Shown in pieces: positions 23,531 to 36,557 of a DNA stretch of 64,000 bases (its first letter is position 1; the number at the start of each line of letters is the position of its first letter). The position numbers and the translations under genes were made by a program. The notes under the pieces were generated by a model, which searched no databases, was not told the origin of the DNA, and was given only the letters and a program-made list of their open reading frames with translations. The DNA is from Lama glama (lineage: Eukaryota), in the NCBI GenBank assembly GCA_028534125.1, contig CM052816.1:58158001-58222000 (forward strand), read 5' to 3'.

Positions 23531-25893
23531 ACTATATGTTAACCAACAGTAGGAGGTAGTATTTGACAAGTGGTAGAAAAATATGTTTAATTCCCAAAGT
23601 GCTCTAATCTACACGTGGAATTCTTGTATTTAACGTTCAGTACTAAACCCTAAAATACAGTATTGGGAGCTTAATTGTGTATGTTTAAATTCAGATGGTA
23701 ACTGTTAAAATTGTTTTATCCTTTAGTTATCCAATAAACATACAAAAGAAACAGATGCACAAGGTAGGGTTTAAAAATCTGTACCTGTACAAACTTTACT
23801 ACTGTCATACTGTTAGCTTTGGCTTCCCACTATCTGGGGAAGAGTACAGTTTTGATTTGTTTTGACTCATCAACATTTTTTGGACTAAGAATATGCCTGG
23901 GTGGAGTCTGATCCATGCTTTGGGGTCCCCGTGGAGGAATGATGAGGGATGAAGCCCTCTAATTCTAAGCAGCTTAGCCTCGATTTGGGCAAAGCCAAGT
24001 GTGAGAACTATAAAGTTTCTTCTGGCTTCCCATAATCCTCTGCTAACTGTATTATGGAAATGATGGTAATTTCTTCAAAGCCCTTGGTGATTCCTGTGTC
24101 TTTGGTGCCGCTCATTGTCTATTCACCTTGGCCAACCAGCTGCCTCACAGACTTGCCCTTGTACCAAACCTTTAATGAAACTGGTATTTGTGTCAATAAA
24201 CTTTAAGCCCATCCTGCTGAGATAATTATCTGGGTCACTCAAATTTCAGCTACTTCGAATAATTATAGCCTTTTAGCCTCGAATATAAGGTGATGATTAA
24301 AGGAGAAGGAATCAGGGATCCCCATGCCGTCAATTAGATGAAAATGCTGGCAGTTCTCAGCTCAGTCCTCTGATTTGAATGCACAAGCCTCTGGGCTATA
24401 TCAGGTCCTCACAAAGAATAAGTCACTCATAAAATACACATTTGTTTGGCTGAACCATGATATAATTTGTGGACACAACCATTTCATCATATTAGCTGTT
24501 AAAAGGGAGAACTCTCTCGTGAACGCCATCGTAAAGAAAGCTTTGTGATACAATGACATTGAGCATCAACAACCAGGGTACAATTTCATTTTCCCAAAAA
24601 AGAACAAAGATCATAGCAGAAATCACTGTATAGATTTCAAAACTATCCACATCCAGGGACTAAAGATGAATTTAACAGTCTCACTAGATTTCTTTCCCAT
24701 GATTTGGTAAAACTTCAAGGGACCAACTTTTAGCCATTTCATGTGTTTGTCCCTATGTTCTTAATTTAACAAAATTCACTAATTACAAAAAAACTCATGG
24801 TCTCATTTTGGTCAAAAGCTTGAAGTATTCAGGAGAAAAATACATTTGGCAACTAGGAAATTGTGACACATAAATCCCCTACCTTCTGTGGACTAGAAAG
24901 ACAAAGCCCTTTATTAATCACCCCCACCCCCACTTCCATCTCCACCTGTCAACATTTAAAACTGGAGACTAATGGTAGACAGGCTTCTCCTGCAGATTGT
25001 AATTGCCTTTCCAACAGAGAAGCTATCTCCAAAGCAACCAAGATATGAGCTATGAATTCAAGCTGCGACTCTCTATGTAAATTGCTCTGCAGTGAAATTG
25101 AAATTTCCCAAAAGAAAGCTGCATCAATTCAGTCTATTAAATGCATTTCTATCTCAGATGCGAGGATGGACTCTAGCAGCTAGGAAACTGTCCATACTCC
25201 GTACACTGTACACAGAGATAAGACCCAAGCACTTCATAACCTGACCTTAAATTTAAAAATAAATCTTGTCATTATTCATAATATAATTCAATAATCGTTG
25301 TTCATTATTCAAAAGAGCCTGGCTGTCCACAACTGCCCGCATTAGTCCTAAAATGAAATAATGGTGTTTTATATACCATCATCTCACATTAGCTCTTTTT
25401 TCCATATTAGCTTTGTCATGCTTTTGTGCAATGTATTTTTGGTCTTTGGCATGCCTTGACTATTCAGTTTCAAATGTTCCCATAAATTTTCCTGTTTTGT
25501 TTTGTTTTGCTTGCTTAATGTTTTTTGTGTCATAAACTCCTCTACTCCAAAAACAATCTGGGGTCAGATAACGTTCTATTGCACCAAGGCAACATTATTA
25601 TTGTTCAATCAATAAACAATCTCCCTAAACAACCCTGCCAGGAGATGAGATATATGAACCCTTGGGGGCACACAATTTGGTGAGCACTTGACATACACTT
25701 CCAGATCACTGAACAACTCACACTTCATTTGGCCCATGTCTGCCTCCATCAGCCATCACTAGCCCTTTTCTCTCTCAGGCCCATCTTACTTCCCCCACCT
25801 CCCCACCTCTCTACATACTCAACACCTTCAGGATCCCTCAAACTCTGTTTATGAAAACTAAGGAATAGGAAAATAAACATAAGAGACTCATTC

Positions 25894-26352
25894 TGTGGCA
25901 TAGGGTCCCTCAATATTCATTCTCTTCTTCTTCCATTGTAATACAACCCTTGACTGTTAGCTGGGCATATTGCTGCCTGGAATATCGTTAGGGATGAAAT
26001 AGGACTAGTTCAAGCCAATGGTATATAAACAGAAGTTTCTTTTTGGCAATGTTGGGAAATTCCATTAAAATGTGGCTGGCCTGTACCCTTTGCTCCCTTT
26101 CCTCTTTATCTTTTTCTCCATCCTGCTGTATATAAATATGGCTAGAGTTCCAGCCACCACATTGGTGCCAGAAGTCAAGGGCCATACATTATGGCAGACA
26201 ACTACATTGAACAGAGCCACCATACTACCCCTGGACTGTCTACCTCCGTACCTCCAGACCTTAATGTGAAAGAGAAACACACTTTCCTCTTGTTTAAGCC
26301 ACAATTACTTGCTGTGCCTGACACTTGCAATGGAATTTGATCTTAACTATAG
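25894..26352 (+). mobile_element. MaLR LTR (MLT1J-like)
   Basis: Starts tgtggca; ttagctgggcatattgctgcctggaat; gactagttcaagccaatgg; tgtgaaagagaaacacactttcctcttgtttaagccac. Confidence 0.75.
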
Positions 26353-27939
26353 ACAATCTCTGATTTTCATTAGCACCAGAGGCCGATTTTGCTTGTGTCT
26401 ACATTCAGATCATGAATCTTTTAAGCACCTGGTAAGATCAAGTGCTTGACAAATATTTGACAAACTCATTAAACACTAACCCCATTAGTAAAGAAAAGGC
26501 TCATTTAATTTACACATTTAATGCCAAAAACAATCAGAATTTTAACAAATGAGAACAAAAAAGCATGTCTTATTTTTTTGGAAGCAACTTATTATGGAAT
26601 TCCGGAGTCTAGGTTCAGAAGTCCACTCACTATGGTGTGATTTCACTTTCTGGGACTCACTTTGCTTATCTGTAAGATGGGCCCCTTGTTCTCAGGAGGA
26701 TGGGACGTGGGGAGGGAGCAGGGTAAAAAGAAAGCCTGGTGAGTGAGCCTCTAGCTCTGCCGCAACTGCTTCACCCCACACAGTTCCACCTTTAAAATTC
26801 CACATAAGATTCTGTTTTATAAGGAAATGAGAATCTTAAAAATCACTGGACCACATAATCTGTAAGAACTCTTCCAGTTCTGACATCTGATGATTAGAAC
26901 GACTCCCAATGGCCAGGATGAGGCAGGTGGTAGCAGTGCTCTGAACTGAGTCAAATTAGGAGTGGCACTATCCTGGACATGCTGCCAGAGGCAAAGCCTG
27001 CCGTGGAAGGGGTGGTAGGATGTCCGATCCAGTCGGAAGGCTAGAGGACAGGGTTGTTTTTTCTGCTTGGCTCCAGTTATGCGTTAAACACAAGGGCAAG
27101 CAAATGGTAAAGAATAGACATTTGCTTAAAGATGCATATTAAAGACTAAATACTGATAAATCATTATCCAGGTTACAAATGAACAGAGCAGATGCCTTCT
27201 GGACTCAGCTCATCTCACTAACTCATGAGACGTTTAGACAGAGGAAAGGAGTGGAAGGCTGAGTGGTGCAGCTCCTGGCACACTGTATTCTACTCACTAG
27301 GGGTGGCCTGGCTGGAGAGGTTCTGGCTCCTAGAGCAGTGACCTGGGAACAGCTCTGCTGGCTCCACCCCAGATGGGACACATACACAGGTCTAGGAGCC
27401 AGGAGACCCTGGTCTGGTCTCATTTCTGCTACTTCATCAAGTCATCCTCCCTTGCTGAGTTTGCTCCCTCGTGTGTAAATGAGTAGGTTGGGGTAAGAAA
27501 TTCTGGGGTTTAATGTGTAAAATGTGGGGGCTAGGGGTAGGGGGGTAGAATGCTTCTTCTCTGGATAGAGGAAATTGGCTCAGCAGGACACTTCTGTACT
27601 TCACCCCTTGACTCTCACTGCATCTGTGGACATGGGGACTATCTGGTCCACAACTTTGGAGAGAATGAGTGGGCAAATTCAACTCCATCCTTCCTGCTTG
27701 GCACCAGGGACTAATGGTTGGCCTCCACTGCCACTGTAGGAGCAGCCTCCTTCTGCAGGCAGACTGCCTCCATCCAGCACTGCCTCAGACAAGGTAGCTG
27801 TTCCTCCACACTAGCAGCCCTCTTGGCTTGCTCCTAATGACACATCCTTCAACCTGGTCTAACTGTGACTTCACTTCACAGTCTGAATGTTGAGGTGTTC
27901 CTCATACCGCTGTCAAAGGGGGTCCCTCTGTCCTGTTGA

Positions 27940-29420
27940 TTCTATTATAAAACAGTCTTGTGAGGGATGTACAATTATCCCCATTTTATAGATGAAGAAA
28001 ATGAGGCTCAGAGTTTAACTTGTCCAAAATCTCAGAGCTGGAAAGTCTTGTCTACCTCACAGGGTTTGTATATGAATTGCATGAGCTGTTTGTAAATATG
28101 GTTTTTAAGGTTTTATCTTTGAGGCCCAGCTGTCTGACATGAAAGGTGATCATATGATGCAGCCTATCTGGAGAGCAGCCCCCCATCAGCAGTGTGATGG
28201 GTAAAGGGAGAAGTCTGTCTTCAAAGTCACCACTCCAAGAACCCTTCATCTACTCCTCACCGAGTTCCTGCTCAGTAGCAGCTAACTGAGCAGAGACGAG
28301 AGGTGGGGCCATCAGGTTCCCAAGAAAGCGACTTCTCTCAGTGGATGCCCGTTGCCTGGAGGAGAGGGTTGGAGTGGGCAGGCTTGCAGTCTGGCCAAGT
28401 TTCTCTTAGGAGATGCAGCTCACCTGGGAGCCCCCCTCCTGAGGGTGACCTCCAATCCTCCCTGTCAGAAAAGAGAAACTTCCACCTGGCAAAGCCGTCA
28501 GCTGCAGTTAGAATGAACAGTCTTCAAGCTCCAGCAGCTCCTAGCTTAAATGTTACCCACTTCCAGAGGTGTCCACAACTGTATAGATCAGCAGTTCTCA
28601 ATCCTGGGGGCCTAGAGAATCCCCTGGGGGTACTTCAAAAAACAATCATGCCTGAGCCCCATCCCTCCTCAGGGGGAAACAGAATTTGTGGGGTTGGCCA
28701 CAGAGGCCAGGGTTGGGGACTACTGTTCAGGACAAAGCTCAGGCCCTACTACCCCCAGGCCCACATCCCACTTTGATGTAGTCTAACAAACGCCACAGCC
28801 ATCCTGTTTACTTGGATGGCCATGTTATCTGCTACCATGAGACCTCCACAACAGAGGGAGTGCACGGGCCTCCTCCACAGTTCTTGACCTTTGGCAGCAA
28901 CTCAAATAATGTTTGCTGAATAAAACCAAATAGTAATAACTTGGAATTCAGGACTTTTTCCCCAAAGAAATTCAATAGATTTTTACACTGAAAGTTAAAG
29001 ACAGGTATAGATGTTTGCATATGTGTGTCTCACAGTTTCATTGTTGAAAAACATATTCACAAACAGCTCACGCAATTCTTAAATAAATTGTATGAGGAAG
29101 CTTCTATTGCCCAGCTGTGAGATCTGGGCCAAGTTAATTAAACTGAGCCTCAGTTTCTTCACCTTTAAAATGAGGATACTAGTATCTCCCTCATAGGGTT
29201 GTGAAAAGAATTACATGAAATAACCCTAGCATCTAGCACATGGCCTGGCGCCCAGAGAGGGCTCAAGAAAGCTAGCTACTGTTATTGCTGTTATTGTTAT
29301 CATTCCCTCCATGTCATGGTAGATAAACTGAGGCTCAAATAGGTAAAGTGACTTGCCCAAGATCCTACAGGGTTAGGACTCAAACCAATACCTCTGACTT
29401 TCCATCTTGTATTCTTTTAT
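27940..29420. mobile_element. Group of MIR fragments (about 27940-28050 on -, 28052-28110 on +, 29040-29420 on - with a + MIR inserted at 29110-29300) and a MER5A-like piece at about 28589-28700
   Basis: ccccattttatagatgaagaaaatgaggctcagag; gagcctcagtttcttcacctttaaaatgaggata; aaactgaggctcaaataggtaaagtgacttgcccaagatc; cagcagttctcaatcctgg. Confidence 0.7.
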
Positions 29421-30904
29421 ATGCCAGGTTGAGAATATTCCTTTGAGACTGGGAGAAGCCGGTAATATCAGCCTATTTTTCCACATGGTCACAAATGACT
29501 GAAAGAGGTGATTTGCCATATGACTAATGGATCAGTGCCACACAGAGGGAAGAGCACTCGATCAGAAGTCAGGGGCTTTCTCCCTGCTCCCACAGGCGCC
29601 AGCAGTGGACCTGGAGCATCCCAAATCTTCTCCCCGTGCCTCAGTTTCTGCCCCTAGCCTAGGGGACTGACCAGGCGACCACTAGGTCAGTCCAGGGCTG
29701 TGTGAGCTGCATCCAGGGGCCTGTCAGCACAGCAGGTGGCAGGTGTGAGTGTGAACTCCGGCCCCGCCCTCCTGCCGAGCAGTGTATCCATGCTGAGCCC
29801 AAGCACAGGAGACGGTAAATCAGATCCCCCCACCCCTCACCACCAGAATGCCTGGCTCCCCAAGGAGCCAAGGAAAGATGAAGTGAGAGGTGGGGCCACC
29901 ATCCCACCCCTGGGACTCCCCTCCCCGTCCAGGCTGCTGAATTCATTTTGCACTTCCTAAGCTGGGAAGCTCTGGGAAGCCCGCTCCAGGAGATGACGGT
30001 CTCTTCCTCTGGAGCATTCTGCAAGGTGGTGAATAGGCATTAACATGTCTCTGGCTCCTCCAGGATAGGATATGCCACAGTGTCTCTCTCACAGGTTTGC
30101 CAGTTGCTGAGCACATTCTTCCAGGAAAACTGGCTCTGGCCTTCCTCTTAGCCCAAGAACAAAAGGAAATTAGGCAGAGAGCATAAGGAAAACCAGGAAG
30201 AAGAAGAAAAAAAAAAGACCCTAACACCACACCAAAATATTTCCAATAGTTATTTTGAGTGATTTTTTTTTCTTTTGCTGTCCCATCATCTTTTTCTTAA
30301 GTGAGTAAGTATCGGTTTTCCAAAGAGAAAAAGTTCACAATTTTCTATGTTTATCCAGGCAGGAGTTCATGAAGCCATGAATGGCCTCAGCTTCTTGCTT
30401 TCATCTTTGCCACTGCCAGGAGACTCTAAGCTGTGGGCAGGGAAGGGCAGCCAGAGAATCCTGGCACCTGTGGATAGGCAGCACCGTCCTCGCTGACCCA
30501 GGCCACCGACAGCCACCAGCCCTGAGAATCAGGACACAGCCAGATGCCACTCACTCAGAAGAGATGGTTGGGACAGTCTGTCCCTCTGCACCGAGGCCAT
30601 GTAGATCAACACATTCCTTGTCCTCCCTGTCTGGTGCCTGGATATGACCATCTGTGACCGGCCTCTGTCAAAGCATGAGCTGCTCTTCAGGGCCCCCTCC
30701 CTTAGCCACCCACACATGTCAGGAGCTGAGGTTCAGGCCACGACATCCACTCTATGGCTTATTGCTGATCAGAGTCTCTAGCATTTTTCCTGTTAATTCA
30801 TTATCTCACCTTCCCAAATCCAGTGACAGACTTCCAAAGGCCCCAGAGCAGTGAGGAAGAATGACTACCCTTTATAGAGGAATTCCAATATGCCAGAATC
30901 TTTA

Positions 30905-31245
30905 CCTTCCTTCCTTCCTCCTTCTCTCCCTTCCTACCTACCTTCCTTCCTTCCCTCAGTAAATACCTATTGATTTCTGCTTTGGGCCAGGCATTATGCT
31001 ATGTCTGGGGCTGGGGATGCAATATTGATTAACATACATAAAATGGGGAGTTAATAGACTTTATCTCAAATCCACTCAAGAAATCTTCACTGTTGATATC
31101 ATTATTTGTATTTTACAGATGAGAAAATGAGGCTGAGAGAGATTAAATAACTTGCCCAAGATCATACAGCCAGAAAGAAACAGAGCCAAGATTTTAACCC
31201 AGATCCATCTGAACTCCAAAGTGTACTTTCTACTACACCACATCC
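30905..31245 (-). mobile_element. (CCTT)n tract running into an L2 3' tail, then a MIR (about 31050-31245)
   Basis: cagtaaatacctattga...gccaggcattatgcta and ttttacagatgagaaaatgaggctgagagagattaaataacttgcccaagatcatacagc. Confidence 0.75.
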
Positions 31246-31479
31246 TTTCTTAGCAAACACAGCACAGGTCCCTCAGCTCTGCGCTTGTGGGGCTTCACCA
31301 GCTAAACTGTACACAATGGAAAGGATGTCTTAGGTTTCTTTGTGCCCTTATGGTGCCTACTATGGCATGATGCCTAGCAAAACATCTACTGCATAATAGA
31401 TGCCTAGTAAGTAGGTGCATGGATTAATTAAATAAATTAACTAACTTTGAGCCCCTGGACAACTCACCTACCCTTTCCA

Positions 31480-32870
31480 TCTTCTTCTCTAGCCACCACT
31501 GTCTCTTCTTCATGGCTAAAACTTAAAAATTTGCCTACAATCTCTAAGTCAACTTCCTCACATGTTATTCACTCCTCACCCCTTTCCAGCTCTACCCACA
31601 AGCCAGAAATGCTCTCTGCTAGATAGTCAGTCACTTCTTTGTCATTAGATCCAGTGGGCACCTTCCCTTACCCACCTTACTTATCCTTTCAGCAGGCTGT
31701 GACTCTGAAATTATGCTGCCTTGGCTGCCAGGACTCTGGTATTTCTCCTGCTCTGGCTGCTCTTTCCCAGTTCCTTTTTCATTACTCGCCCATTGTTCCT
31801 CAATAAATCTGTGGGTGTCTCCCAGGGTTCCAGCCTAGTTCCTCTTCTCTCCTCACTCTCTCCATGCTCCCCAGGCAACCACATTCACACTTTTCTCCCT
31901 CAAATCTCTATCTCCTGCCCAGACCTCTCACCCAACATGGAGACAGAGGTCTTCTCCTCAAACTCAGACTGTCTGAACCTGAACTCAATACTCCCCTCCC
32001 ACACAGCTATCCTCCTTCCTGTGCTGCACACAGGAATTAGCGGCCCCCTGTCACCCAAGACTCTGAAGCCTTCTCCTCCTCTCTCGCCTCCACATTCAAT
32101 CTGGCACCAAACCCTGTTGATTCTACTCCTCAGTGATGTCTTTAATTGTCCACCTCTTTCTCTCAAGACCACCACCTAATTTCAGAGGCTCCTTGTGTCC
32201 TACAATCATTTCAATGGCTATCAAATGATCTCATTTTCCTCAGTGAGTCTTGCCTCCTTCAATTCATCCTCCACTCTGAAGCTGGAAGAAACTTTCAAAA
32301 ACTGCAAACTTGCTCATCACTTCCCTGCCTTAAATTATTTCAGCAATTCCTCCTTGATTCAAACTGATATCATTAGCTTACAGGACTCCTGATGACCTAC
32401 ATTTCTAGCATCACCTAGCACTCTCCATCCCTATCCTGCATTTGATGCTCTGACTATATTAAAATAAATTGGAGTTCCAGTACTATGCCAAAACTTTCAC
32501 CCCATATTGGTGAAATATGCCTTTGAACTTGCTGTTTCATTTACTTGGAAAGCCCACCCTGAACTCCTTTAGCCTTCAAGATTCAGTGCAGGTGTAATCT
32601 CCTCGAGGAAGACTTCCCTCAACTTTCAGTCCTGGGTTAAAAGTTGTCTTCTGGGCTCCCATCCTTCCCTTACATTCCTTTCTCAGATCATCTCGCTATA
32701 ACACTACAGTGTACTGTCACCCTAGGAGACTTTAAGGTCCTACGGAGTATGGACTGTCTTTTCCATCTTTGTACTTGCAGTCCCTTACACTGCCATGAAA
32801 CTTGGTATACAAAAGATGCTCAATGGAAGGATGAGTGGGAAGGTGGGTGGGTGGCTGGGTGGATATAAAT
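31480..32870 (+). mobile_element. L2 LINE (RT region to 3' end)
   Basis: ORF 31721-32179 contains SVGVSQGSSLVPLL, a degenerate RT motif GVPQGSVLGPLL. Pyrimidine-rich L2 body with 3' end cttggtatacaaaagatgctcaat. Confidence 0.8.
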
Positions 32871-33439
32871 AAACAGTTGGATTATTAAAACTTAGGTGGA
32901 ATTATAGTTAAATAAGTTGTCTGTCTTTCAACTGTCTCTCAACTCCTCATCCCACAGGAATGGAAAGAGTAACCTTGCAAAATGGTTCCAAAGCCCTGTG
33001 CTAAGCAAAGATTTAAAAGCTATGTGGGGAAAACATAATGAAACAAAACAGAGTTTAATAATGAGCCACAGTTAGTTAAATGGGGTATGCCTGGGTTGGC
33101 ATGAAAAGATATTCAGAAAATGCACTTTTTATTTTAAAGTGATATCCACATGTCCATTCTAAAGGGATGCAAAGCAGAGTTCTCACCAAACCAACAGTCT
33201 CAATGTTCCATTGGGTATATACCTCATACCACTCCACACCAAGCCACAAAGATCTTTGAAAAACGGGAATCTCCCCCAAAATATCTAAGCACCTGCTTTT
33301 TTCAAGAAAAAGCAAACCCATAATTAATTAGTATGTTGGGAAAAGAAAGATTTTTTTCAAAATCAAAACTGATATCTATAGTTAAGGCCTAGAAATTGAC
33401 AAAACAACTGACTGCTACCCTAACAATACAGATAATGTC

Positions 33440-35070
33440 CAAGTCCTTACTGGATGTGGGACACTGTGTCTCTCCCAGAACTCAGCATTTCACACCACAG
33501 CCACCTCCACACCTCCTCTTTCATCTGATCCTCATGACAACACTGTGAGGAGGGGGAGGCAGGGTAGAATTTTTATCCTGAGTAAACAGACAAGGAAAAT
33601 GAATGGAAGGGAAGGATAGGACTATGAGCTTGGGAAGAGCTGATGTCAAGTTCTTTTTCTCAGTTCTAGTTTAGGGCAAGTCAATGGAAAGTTGCCAAGA
33701 GGCAACCACCGGAGAATACCTGATGGAAACAGATGCTCATGCTTTCTCTGTGTGATAAAGTTGTCCCTCCTGTACTAAACTTGAAAGCTGCCTCCCTTTC
33801 CCCATATTCTCTTTTCTTTCCTTCTTTCATATTCACTCTCCTCACTCATGACATTCCAGCTACTCTCAAAAACTTTATTTCTGATATACATCAAGGTTAA
33901 TCTTATTTCAAGACCTTGCATCTGCTGTTCTCTATGCTGGAATGCATTCCATGAGAAACTCTTTTCAGCCCTTTGGGTCTCCGTTCAAATATTAGTTCCC
34001 TAAAGACACCCTCCTTATACACACTTGCTAATAAGGAGCCAGACACCTCCCATCCCAACTTTCTTCCATCCCAGTACCCTATTTTGTTTCTGCAGGATAA
34101 GTCCTGGGTCTAGAAGAGATCAATTAGGCTTCCTGAACATGTAATGTGACCCCTCCATTTCTGGATATAATATCTGCTACAGTGTATTCTCTTAGAGGAT
34201 TTTCTGTCCTGGAAGCATTCACTGCTGTATGTCCTGAAAAATGATGCTGATCTCTCTGCCATGAGTCCTAACAGGGCAGGCTTCCTTCTCTTATCATTAG
34301 ATAAGTAAATTCTGTTTGACTTATCCAAGAATTGTCAGAGCCTGGTTTTTCCAGTAATGCAATCATACTATTGACATTTTGAGTACAGTAGTTATACAAT
34401 TTATCATTGTGCTGAGACGGTTAGTTGTCCCTCTATATCTATTCTCTTGTTCCTTCATTAAAAAAATTTTTTAGCTGGGTACATGTTGTTCAGTGTAAAG
34501 ACTACACTTCCCAGACTTCCTTGTTATTAGGCATGGTCATATGACTAAGTACTGACCAATGGGATGTGAATTAAGTGATGTGTGTACTCTCTAGGTCACA
34601 TCCTTAAAAGGAAGGGGAGCGTCCTCACTTTCTCTTCCCATCCCTACTCGCCTGAATGTAACCCAGAGAAGGTGGTAAGCCATCTTCAATCTTGTGGGTG
34701 ACCACATCTAGTGATGGCAAATCAGCAAGACAAAAGGAACCTGGGTCCCTGACACCACAGGGAGGCTAATTGTCCTAGACATCTCACCACCAGATTGTTA
34801 CATGAGAAAGAAATGAAATTCCCTCTTGCTCAAACCATTTGGGTCTTTCTGTTATAGCAGCCAACCTATACTCTGGCTAACAGAATCTGAAAGCATCATA
34901 TTTATTTATTTATTGTATATTGTTCTCTACTGCCCCTAGAAAATAAATTCTAAGAAGACAGAAACCTTTATCCATGATCATCAATTTATCCCTAGAACTT
35001 GGAACAGTGCCTGGCAGACAATAAGACCACAGTAGACAATAAGTAAATACTTGCTACATGAATGAATAAG
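33440..35070. mobile_element. MIR (about 33440-33650, -) and L2 3' fragments (about 33800-34100 and 34890-35070, +)
   Basis: tgatcctcatgacaacactgtgagg; gaccttgcatctgctgttctctatgctggaatgc; gaacagtgcctggcagaca...aaatacttgctacatgaatgaat. Confidence 0.65.
34408..34882 (+). mobile_element. MaLR LTR (MLT1J/I-like)
   Basis: aaagactacacttcccagacttcctt...ggtcatatgactaagtactgaccaatgggatgtga and gttacatgagaaagaaatgaaattccctcttg. Confidence 0.8.
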
Positions 35071-35545
35071 CTAAAGTAGAAATAAGTCACTAGCTTTCAT
35101 TGGCTGACTGTGTTTTTTTCTGTTCAGGTTTTTGCTTTCCCCATTCCTCTCTGGCCCTCTCTTTTAGCTTGTCTGCCCCTGTTAAAACAGACTTCTCAGT
35201 ACTGGGGAGCCCCCAAGTCTTCCATATACTCACCTGACCTTAATTGGGAGGAGGAAACTTTCTGACTCTGGGGTCTGAACTTTATCACAGTTCTTTGCAG
35301 ACCCAAATAAGTTTGGAAAGACATTTTGACACAAGATCACATGTCAGAGAAATTCACATGGGATTATCAGAGAGCATCTGGTCCCTCATTGGGTTACCAC
35401 CTTCATGCTCTTCCTTTTCATGACGAAATATCAAAACATGGAAAACAGAGAGTTAACTACTATGCAATTTGTTTGGTTTTTCTCTCACCTCCTAGGGGTC
35501 CTAGGGTGATTTGAGGCTCTGGGTCTGAAAACACATTAGCCTAGA

Positions 35546-35866
35546 GCAACATTGTCCAATGGAAACATAATGCAGACCACAAATGTAAGCTTTATGTCTA
35601 ATTTCAAATGTTATAGTAGCCACATCAGATTTAAAAAGTAAAAAGAAACTGATGCAAATAATTCAAAAATATAATTAACATGTTTAAAATATTATCGTTT
35701 CAACATGTATAAAAATTATTAAAAGTACAAAAATTAACAAAATATTTTATGTTTTTATGCTAAATCTTTGTGTTTTGCTCTTACAGCACATCTCAGTTCA
35801 GACTAACCACATTTCAAGTGCTTAACAGTCACATGTGGCTGATAACTATCACACTGGGTGGCATAG
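35546..35866. mobile_element. MER33/MER3-like hAT-Charlie element
   Basis: cattgtccaatggaaacataatgc...tagtagccacat...acagcacatctcagttcagactaaccacatttcaagtgcttaacagtcacatgtggct. Confidence 0.85.
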
Positions 35867-36249
35867 GTCTACAGGAAAAGGTACCGAAGTAGAGTGTGTC
35901 CAGGTCTGTCATAGGCTGATCCCCAAGGCAATCTGAATTTCAGTGTACTCATCTATAAAATGGGGCTAGTTATACCTGTTTCAGAATGTTTAGGGGAGGA
36001 ATGATAGAGCTAATATAAGTGAAAATGAGTGTTGAGTAAGTGTGGGACAGTGTGCCTTTTGTGAAAAATAAAAGCAGTTTCCAGCATGCTCTCCCTCTGC
36101 TACTCCTCTCTATTAATGTCAATTACCCAGCAAAACAAAGCAGGAAGAAGAAGAAGGACTCACCTTCCTGGTCAGTGGATGAAACCAGTGTGACCCCTTC
36201 TACTGCCACTGTCCATCTCATATCCAGGAGGAGTTTGGGTTGGCAACAC

Positions 36250-36557
36250 TGTCAGGGTTCTCAGAGAAACAGACCAATAGTAGGTACTGATTTATATACC
36301 TAGAGAAAGAGAGAGAGAGACATTTATTATCCGCTGAGGACCTAAATAGAACAAAAAGGCAGAAGCAGGCAAAACTGCTGTCTGCTAAAGCCAAAATATC
36401 TATCTACCTTCTCCTGTCCTCAGACATTGGTGCTCAGACCCTTGGACTTGGACTGGGATTTACACCATCTGCCCAGACATCCACTCTAATCATCCTGGTT
36501 CAGACACACTACACTACATTTGTCCTTAGTCCTGCCTTTACACAGAGAAGACAGATG
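36250..36557. mobile_element. Rearranged MLT2 (ERVL) LTR: 3' end on -, middle part on +
   Basis: cagggttctcagagaaacagaccaatag...atttattat (reverse 3' end) abuts ccgctgaggacctaaatagaacaaaaaggc...cttggacttggactgggatttacaccat (forward middle). Confidence 0.7.

Noticed and set aside
28303..28776. 157-aa ORF
   Set aside because: GTG start, runs through a MER5A-like fragment, and has no recognisable domain.
31721..32179. 152-aa ORF with a signal-peptide-like start
   Set aside because: It is a pyrimidine-rich L2 RT remnant; the hydrophobicity is compositional.
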